A DNA stretch of 64,000 bases from Candidatus Latescibacterota bacterium (GTDB lineage: Bacteria > Latescibacterota > UBA2968 > GCA-2709665). The notes under the pieces are model-generated. The model had not been told where the DNA came from. It did no database searches and was given only the letters and a program-made list of their open reading frames with translations. Every line of letters begins with the position of its first letter. The first letter of the stretch is position 1. The stretch is taken from assembly GCA_963662665.2 (NCBI GenBank), contig CAXXJS010000010.1, positions 384,001 through 448,000 of the forward strand, written 5' to 3'. The translations under genes were made by a program, and so were the position numbers. Below, one piece after another: positions 58,717-64,000 of the stretch.

Positions 58717-59688
58717 TTACAAGGGTAACGCAATCCCTATTTCCCGCTCCACCGCACGGCGGTAGACCAGAATCGCAGTGGCCATGTCCTCCAGTCCCAG
58801 GCCCAGATTGATCGCAATCGTGCGTTCGCTGTCCGACTCCCGCCCGGGTTTCAGCCCTGCCGCGATTTCACCCAGGTCTGCATACGGCTCGGGAGTCCCG
58901 GCGAAATAGCCGGTCTGGCGGTAATAATCCAACTGATCGGAATCGTCGCTTACCAGTTTGTCCGCTTCGCGGAACGCATCGGCCCGAAAGTAGGAATCGA
59001 AGTCCAGCGGACAGGCGAAAGTCCCCTCGGACAACCAGCCGCTGCCCACCACCGGATCGGGACGCTTCCGAACCGGGCCGCTGGTAACCACGATGTCCAG
59101 CCCCTTGATAGCATCGGAGACGTTACGAACCGGCTCGATCCGAACTCCCATCCGGGGCCCCATTTCCGCGGCGAATCGATCAGCGAGATCCGGATAAAGA
59201 TCGAAGGCCTTGACTTCCTGAATATCGAAAACACACGACAGCGCTTCGAGATTGCCGCGACCCTGGACGCCACAGGCGACAATGCCAACGGTAGAGCTGT
59301 CGTTGCGTGCCAGATACTTCGCGGCAACCGCCGTTGCCGCTCCCGTTCGCATCGCCGTAATCCATGTGCAATCCATAACGCAAATGGGAACGCCGGTTTC
59401 AGGATCGTTCAGAATCAGCAATCCACTAATGTACGGCAACCCCTTCTTCTGATTTTCCGGATACCCGGATACCCATTTCATTCCTGCAGATTCAAGGCTC
59501 GGAATATACGCAGGCATCGCATGAATAAAAGCATCCGGCTGCGTATGGATACCCGGTTTGGGCGGCATTTCAACTCTACCTTCACCTTTTTCCACAAACA
59601 TCCGGTCCAGGCCGTCGATAATCTCCGCCATCGACAGGTTCACCGCTTCCACGTCACTTTTCGAGAGATATAATACTGAATCCGGCAT
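58717..59688 (-). CDS. Ornithine cyclodeaminase / mu-crystallin family protein
   Basis: HAMPA, KWVS, ITAMRTGA, GVQG, GLGLED. Confidence 0.9.
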   Translation of the reverse strand: MPDSVLYLSKSDVEAVNLSMAEIIDGLDRMFVEKGEGRVEMPPKPGIHTQPDAFIHAMPAYIPSLESAGMKWVSGYPENQKKGLPYISGLLILNDPETGVPICVMDCTWITAMRTGAATAVAAKYLARNDSSTVGIVACGVQGRGNLEALSCVFDIQEVKAFDLYPDLADRFAAEMGPRMGVRIEPVRNVSDAIKGLDIVVTSGPVRKRPDPVVGSGWLSEGTFACPLDFDSYFRADAFREADKLVSDDSDQLDYYRQTGYFAGTPEPYADLGEIAAGLKPGRESDSERTIAINLGLGLEDMATAILVYRRAVEREIGIALPL

Positions 59689-59837
59689 TGGCTGCTCCCG
59701 TGGGAAACTTGATCTCAGATCCGATGTTCGTTATCTTCTATCCATCGCCTCGGTTTCAACCGGCGGTGACGCTTTCTGCGTTTTCTCGGTTATCAGGCTG
59801 GAAAACGAGGACCCCGTCCACGATCGAAAGAAGCGAC

Positions 59838-60620
59838 ATGGAATCCATCACGGACGAACAGTGGGAACAATTCGAAAGTAACGGTTATCTCCGCCTCGGC
59901 AGGATCGCTGACTCGGTGGAAGCGCTAAGTCGTCGGATTGACGACATTATGCTGGGTACGGCTCCGCTGGATTACAGTTGCATGCTGATGCAACTGGACG
60001 TTGTTGACGGCCGGAAGGGACCGGGACCCCAGACCAGGGGTCACAAGGGGGCCACGTTGAACTACCGGAAAATTCAGGAACTGGAGTTCGACGACCTCTT
60101 TCTAGCCTATATGCAGAAACCGCTATTTCGCAGCATCTGCGCCCGGGCCTACGGGCCGGAAGCGCCTGTAGCGTGCTTCCGTGCAATGTTTATGAACAAA
60201 CCCGCCGGAAAAGGCCACGACCTTACCTGGCACCAGGACCACTGGACCGACCTCGACCGGGATCCGCTCGTTACCGTCTGGACGGCTTTGGATCCTGCCA
60301 CCATAGAAAACGGCTGCGTCAAAATCATACCCGGTTCACACAAATGGGGTCTGGTCAACCCCGAAAATGCGAGCGGATTTCTCAGTTCTGAGCAGATCGA
60401 CGAACGGACGCGAATGGCAGAGCAGGTCTACCTCGAACTCAACGCGGGTGAAGTCGTACTCTTGCACAACTGGATGTTGCACAGTTCCGGCACAAATCAT
60501 ACCAACGTTCCCCGAAGGGCGTTCAGCACCTGTTATATGCACGCGGCAACAAAATCAGCACGCGGCCACACATTTTCTGTGATTTTCGGAGAAGATGCAT
60601 TATCGCCGAAACCCCTGTGA
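59838..60620 (+). CDS. PhyH family dioxygenase (canonical HQD)
   Basis: FESNGYL, NKPA, WHQD, TVWTALD, IPGSH, MLHSSGTN, RRA. Confidence 0.9.
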   Translation: MESITDEQWEQFESNGYLRLGRIADSVEALSRRIDDIMLGTAPLDYSCMLMQLDVVDGRKGPGPQTRGHKGATLNYRKIQELEFDDLFLAYMQKPLFRSICARAYGPEAPVACFRAMFMNKPAGKGHDLTWHQDHWTDLDRDPLVTVWTALDPATIENGCVKIIPGSHKWGLVNPENASGFLSSEQIDERTRMAEQVYLELNAGEVVLLHNWMLHSSGTNHTNVPRRAFSTCYMHAATKSARGHTFSVIFGEDALSPKPL

Positions 60621-60663
60621 GGTCTAACAAGGGTGGATCGTGCGCTTGCCCGGGGTCCCGTCG

Positions 60664-61785
60664 TTACACCCAGTTCCTCGAATCGGGCACATCCAGCCAT
60701 GCGCCGTCGTTCACGATGGATGCCTGGCTGATCAGACCGGGCAGTGTCATGTCCATCGCCTCGTGTATCCCAATCGGGCAGGGTGCCGCTTCAGCGATGG
60801 CGTTCACAAAATCAAGAATCTCGAAATAATCCCCCCCGCCGTGGCCCGCTTTCAGTGCATCTTCGGAAGGATTTCGCCACATTTCCGGCATATATTCTTC
60901 TTCCAGTTCCGACAGATCCATCCAGGAATTGCCGTCCTCGCACAAGTCCGCCAGCCAGATCCGGTGCGCCTCACCTCTCGCACGCGCGGACTCATAACAC
61001 CCGGTGGTGCCCTGAAGGGAATAGTTCGCCATTGAATGGGGTCGCTCCGACAGCATATCGACCCGAATCTTGATCAATCCGCCCCGATCGGTCTTGCAAA
61101 GCATCACGCAGGAATCCTGGTTCTCATATCGGTTTCCTCTGGGATCTTCGTAATGATGTCCGCTTCCCTCACAGCAGACCCGCGCCACGCGGTCCCCGGC
61201 CATCCACTGTAGAATCGGCCCAAGGCTGTGCGTGCCATAGGTTACGCCGTCGATCCCGGTCTGCCATTTTCGCCGCCACGTGGTTATCTCGTTCAACCCC
61301 TTCAGCTCGTGGACGTACTCACCCTCCGCGTAATAGACCTCCCCGAACAGACCGCGCCGCGCGAGCTCTTTCACCAGAACATTCGGCTTCATATAGGTGA
61401 AATTTTCGGCCATCATGTATATCGCCCGTGTGGAAGTGGCGGCGGCGACGAGTCGTTTGCACTCGTCGACTGAAACCGCGGCCGTCACTTCGCTGAGCAC
61501 ATGCACGCCCAGCTCCAGGGCCGCTATCGCCTGAGGCGCGTGAAACTGCATCGGCGTTCCGATAACCACGGCATCCAGGTCGGATTTCTCCAGCATTTCC
61601 TCATAATCCGTGTAGGTCTCCGAGGCGCCCAGCTTTTCGGCCGCCGCGTCCAGCATCTCCTCCCGGATATCGCAGACGGCGTGCAGACGGGCGACGGGAT
61701 GGGCGTCAAAAGCCGCCCGAAAACTCCCGCCTCTTCCCGCGGCGCCGGCAACGCCGATATTCAATCTCTCCAGGACAGCCATCAC
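60664..61785 (-). CDS. Gfo/Idh/MocA oxidoreductase
   Basis: IGTPMQFH, HVLSEV, MMAEN, YYAEGEYVH, THSLGP, GHGGGD. Confidence 0.9.
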   Translation of the reverse strand: MMAVLERLNIGVAGAAGRGGSFRAAFDAHPVARLHAVCDIREEMLDAAAEKLGASETYTDYEEMLEKSDLDAVVIGTPMQFHAPQAIAALELGVHVLSEVTAAVSVDECKRLVAAATSTRAIYMMAENFTYMKPNVLVKELARRGLFGEVYYAEGEYVHELKGLNEITTWRRKWQTGIDGVTYGTHSLGPILQWMAGDRVARVCCEGSGHHYEDPRGNRYENQDSCVMLCKTDRGGLIKIRVDMLSERPHSMANYSLQGTTGCYESARARGEAHRIWLADLCEDGNSWMDLSELEEEYMPEMWRNPSEDALKAGHGGGDYFEILDFVNAIAEAAPCPIGIHEAMDMTLPGLISQASIVNDGAWLDVPDSRNWV

Positions 61786-61958
61786 GTCGTTCCCTGTTCG
61801 GTTGGAATACGAATGTCTTATTGATGTCGTCGACCTGCCGGACGGTACGGCGCCGCCACCGAACGGTCGTACGTCCTATTGAGATGCCGCCGCCGTCGTT
61901 GCATCATGTACCACCTGCAAAACCGCGTATCGGGTCAGTCGCGCGCCGGTCTTCCGGA

Positions 61959-62726
61959 CTATCGTCCGGCGTCCTGAACCTGAAAGCCATCTGATCTGAA
62001 TACTTCGGAAGCTGGCGTCGACTTCAGGAAATCCATAAATCGCCGTGTATTCGCGCCATCCCGTCCATGCACGATCGCAGCCGAATAAACAATCGCGTCA
62101 TGCGAACCGGCCGGAAACACCGCGAGCGCATCCACACGGTCGCTGGAGGCCGCGTCGGTCGCGTAAACAACGCCCGCCGCGCAGGCGCCCCGTTCCACAA
62201 ATGCAAGCGTGGACCGGGCATCCTGCCCGATGGCCAGGCGTCCACTCAGATCCTCCCACCATCCCAGGCGGACGAGCGCCTGCTTCGCGTATATCCCTGC
62301 GGGAACCAGGTCCGGGTCCGCTAGAGCCAGCGGTCCATCGAAGGCCGCGGCAAAATCAAATCCCTTCTCGCAAACAACGTTAAACCCTTCTCCCCGGGGA
62401 GCTGCCACGACCAGCGTGTTACCAAGCAGGTCAACCCGGCTGTACGGGTGAATCTGCCCTCGGGAGTCCAGGTAGTCCATCCATACGGGGTTCGCGGAGA
62501 AGTAAACCTCGGCCGGCGCACCCCGTTCGATCTGCCTGGCAAGGGTCGAAGACGCTGCGAACGAAAACCGGATCTCGACATTGTGCTCCTTCTCGAATAT
62601 TCTTTCAATCTGCTTCATTGAACCGACAAGGCTGACCGCGGCATACACCCTGACGGGCTCAGCCTGAAGCCGGGTATTCAACCAGCCGAATATGACAAGA
62701 CACCATGCCAAACGGAATACCGTCAT
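61959..62726 (-). CDS. modA: Molybdate ABC transporter substrate-binding protein
   Basis: Signal peptide; YAAVSL, FAASSTLARQIERGAPA, SAN, VPAGIYA, VYATDA, IVY. Confidence 0.92.
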   Translation of the reverse strand: MTVFRLAWCLVIFGWLNTRLQAEPVRVYAAVSLVGSMKQIERIFEKEHNVEIRFSFAASSTLARQIERGAPAEVYFSANPVWMDYLDSRGQIHPYSRVDLLGNTLVVAAPRGEGFNVVCEKGFDFAAAFDGPLALADPDLVPAGIYAKQALVRLGWWEDLSGRLAIGQDARSTLAFVERGACAAGVVYATDAASSDRVDALAVFPAGSHDAIVYSAAIVHGRDGANTRRFMDFLKSTPASEVFRSDGFQVQDAGR

Positions 62727-62891
62727 TTTCCATCTCAGGTACAGCCAGATTTTTCGCTTCGTCGACTACGTCTTATTTAACAAAAAACACCTCTCTTGCA
62801 AACCACTTTTTCAATCCCGATTCGCCTGGAACGGCGCGCTGGAATTGGCCTGGAACCTATCCTTCGAGACGAGAGGCACCGCCCGACCCAC

Positions 62892-62923
62892 TTGATAGTA
62901 TACATGATTTCATGTATACTATC
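62892..62923 (+). promoter_or_regulatory. sigma70-type promoter overlaid by a perfect 14-bp inverted repeat (candidate operator)
   Basis: TTGATA-N17-TATACT at 62892-62920; GATAGTATACATGA-TT-TCATGTATACTATC at 62894-62923. Confidence 0.7.
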
Positions 62924-62956
62924 GCCGACTCAATATCACGGAAGGATACCAGGGAA

Positions 62957-64000
62957 ATGACGTCTGGAGTCCACCCGGGTCCGAACCCCGATGTGCTGGA
63001 AGCCCAATCCCGCGTCTGCACCGGACCCCATCAATCACGTCCGCTGGGTCTGAAGCCTTCGGACCCGCAGCCCGGCCGAATTCTGGATCTGATTCTCGGT
63101 TCGGCCAGGGGAGAAGTGACCGATACGCTGCGGGTATCGTCCGTTCAAATGGGCGCATTTTTTGTGGCCATGGCCCTGCGGCGCCGCTATCCTCCCGAAA
63201 CCGCGTGGAGTCTCGCGGAAACCGAAGCATTCGAAAGATATCGTTCGGCGCTCCTTATAGACCTGCCGTCCGAAATCCAGTTTCTGATGGACACACGCAG
63301 AAAACCACAGGCGCAAAACGAACAGGAAGCCTTTCTCATTTCCGCGCTCGGCGACATTCTCGCCGGGGAGCATCTCAGCTATCGCAAGACCCGGCGGTTG
63401 TGCGACGCCATCCTGAACGGACGGGTACGGGGCGCGCTCAAGGGCGCGGCACTCATCGGTCAGCGGATGAATCGCGAAACCTACGACGAGGCGCGTGGTT
63501 ACCTGGACGCCGCATTTGACCCGTCCGGCGTCGTGGAACTGAACGTAGACTCGCTCACCCATTTCGGTGAACCGTACGACGGATCGAGCAGATATTTCCG
63601 TCCGACCCTTTTCGTCGCGGCGGTCAGGGCGGCTTCAGAACGCCCCACGGTTCTGCACGGCGTGGACGCAATGCCACCGAAATGGGGGGTCACCGACGAA
63701 CAGATCCTGAAGGCACTGGGGGCAAACGTAGACCTCACACTGAAACAGGCAGGAGTTCTGATTGAAAACCCGCGTGTGGGTTTTGCCTACGCCAGCCAGC
63801 GCATCTTCTCTCCAGCCGCCTACGCTGCGAGGGAACTCCGGGTGCATATCAGGAAACGGCCCCCCTGGGCGGCTACGGAGAAAGCCATGCAACTTTTCAC
63901 GTGTCCCGGCGAGAACCACATGGTGGTCGGCTACTACCACCCTGGTTACGAGGGCATGTTTCTTCAACTGGCAAGGGACCGCGGTTTCAACTCCGGCCTC
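62957..64000 (+). CDS. Anthranilate phosphoribosyltransferase-like (TrpD2/YbiB-like) protein, 3' end outside window
   Basis: Not in the ORF track. Manual translation is open for 348 codons: EAQSRVCTGPHQSRPL, QMGAFF, LIGQRMNRET, THFGEPYDG, LHGVDAMPPKWGVT, IRKRPP, GYYHPGYE. Confidence 0.85.
   Translation, partial: MTSGVHPGPNPDVLEAQSRVCTGPHQSRPLGLKPSDPQPGRILDLILGSARGEVTDTLRVSSVQMGAFFVAMALRRRYPPETAWSLAETEAFERYRSALLIDLPSEIQFLMDTRRKPQAQNEQEAFLISALGDILAGEHLSYRKTRRLCDAILNGRVRGALKGAALIGQRMNRETYDEARGYLDAAFDPSGVVELNVDSLTHFGEPYDGSSRYFRPTLFVAAVRAASERPTVLHGVDAMPPKWGVTDEQILKALGANVDLTLKQAGVLIENPRVGFAYASQRIFSPAAYAARELRVHIRKRPPWAATEKAMQLFTCPGENHMVVGYYHPGYEGMFLQLARDRGFNSGL

Noticed and set aside
11955-59837. 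Long N-terminal extensions in the ORF track (pdxJ, thermonuclease, HAD, kbl, nitroreductase, mqnD, prs, last PhyH)
   Set aside because: They overlap promoters or neighbouring genes; downstream starts match family N-termini and often have an RBS.
62727-62890. Moco riboswitch upstream of modA; three CTGGAA repeats at about 62826-62855
   Set aside because: No recognisable Moco RNA structure; the hexamers are short and unevenly spaced.

Overview
A gene-dense, GC-rich bacterial chromosomal window with about 55 CDS. I found no rRNA, tRNA, CRISPR array, transposase or prophage. Most genes are catabolic or redox paralogues: 4 PhyH dioxygenases, 3 enolase-superfamily enzymes, Gfo/Idh/MocA oxidoreductases, a sulfatase, AKR, SDR and MFS. 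They are mixed with housekeeping genes (pdxJ, kbl, queF, mqnB/mqnD, nagB, truC, prs, modA). This content, plus a C-terminal DFDGDGDVDFNDF dockerin-like tag, suggests a Latescibacterota/Poribacteria-like diderm; that is inference only. Two real genes run off the window ends and are missing from the ORF track: a di-heme oxidoreductase at 1-808 (-) and a TrpD/YbiB-like protein at 62957-64000 (+). The main items for follow-up are: (i) a CARF/RtcR-like sigma54 activator with an operator array, a divergent sigma54-like promoter, a hairpin and a thermonuclease gene; (ii) tandem queF genes, the first lacking the catalytic Cys and Asp; (iii) a coupled HAD / enolase-superfamily / GH3 operon converging on a P450; (iv) two PhyH enzymes lacking the Fe-binding carboxylate, as halogenases do; (v) an atypical ACP directly upstream of a Re-citrate-synthase-like enzyme; (vi) a plant-type TrpD-like gene whose promoter is covered by a perfect 14-bp inverted repeat; (vii) a beta-repeat surface protein; and (viii) two families of intergenic repeats. 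All calls come from reading motifs; no searches were run.
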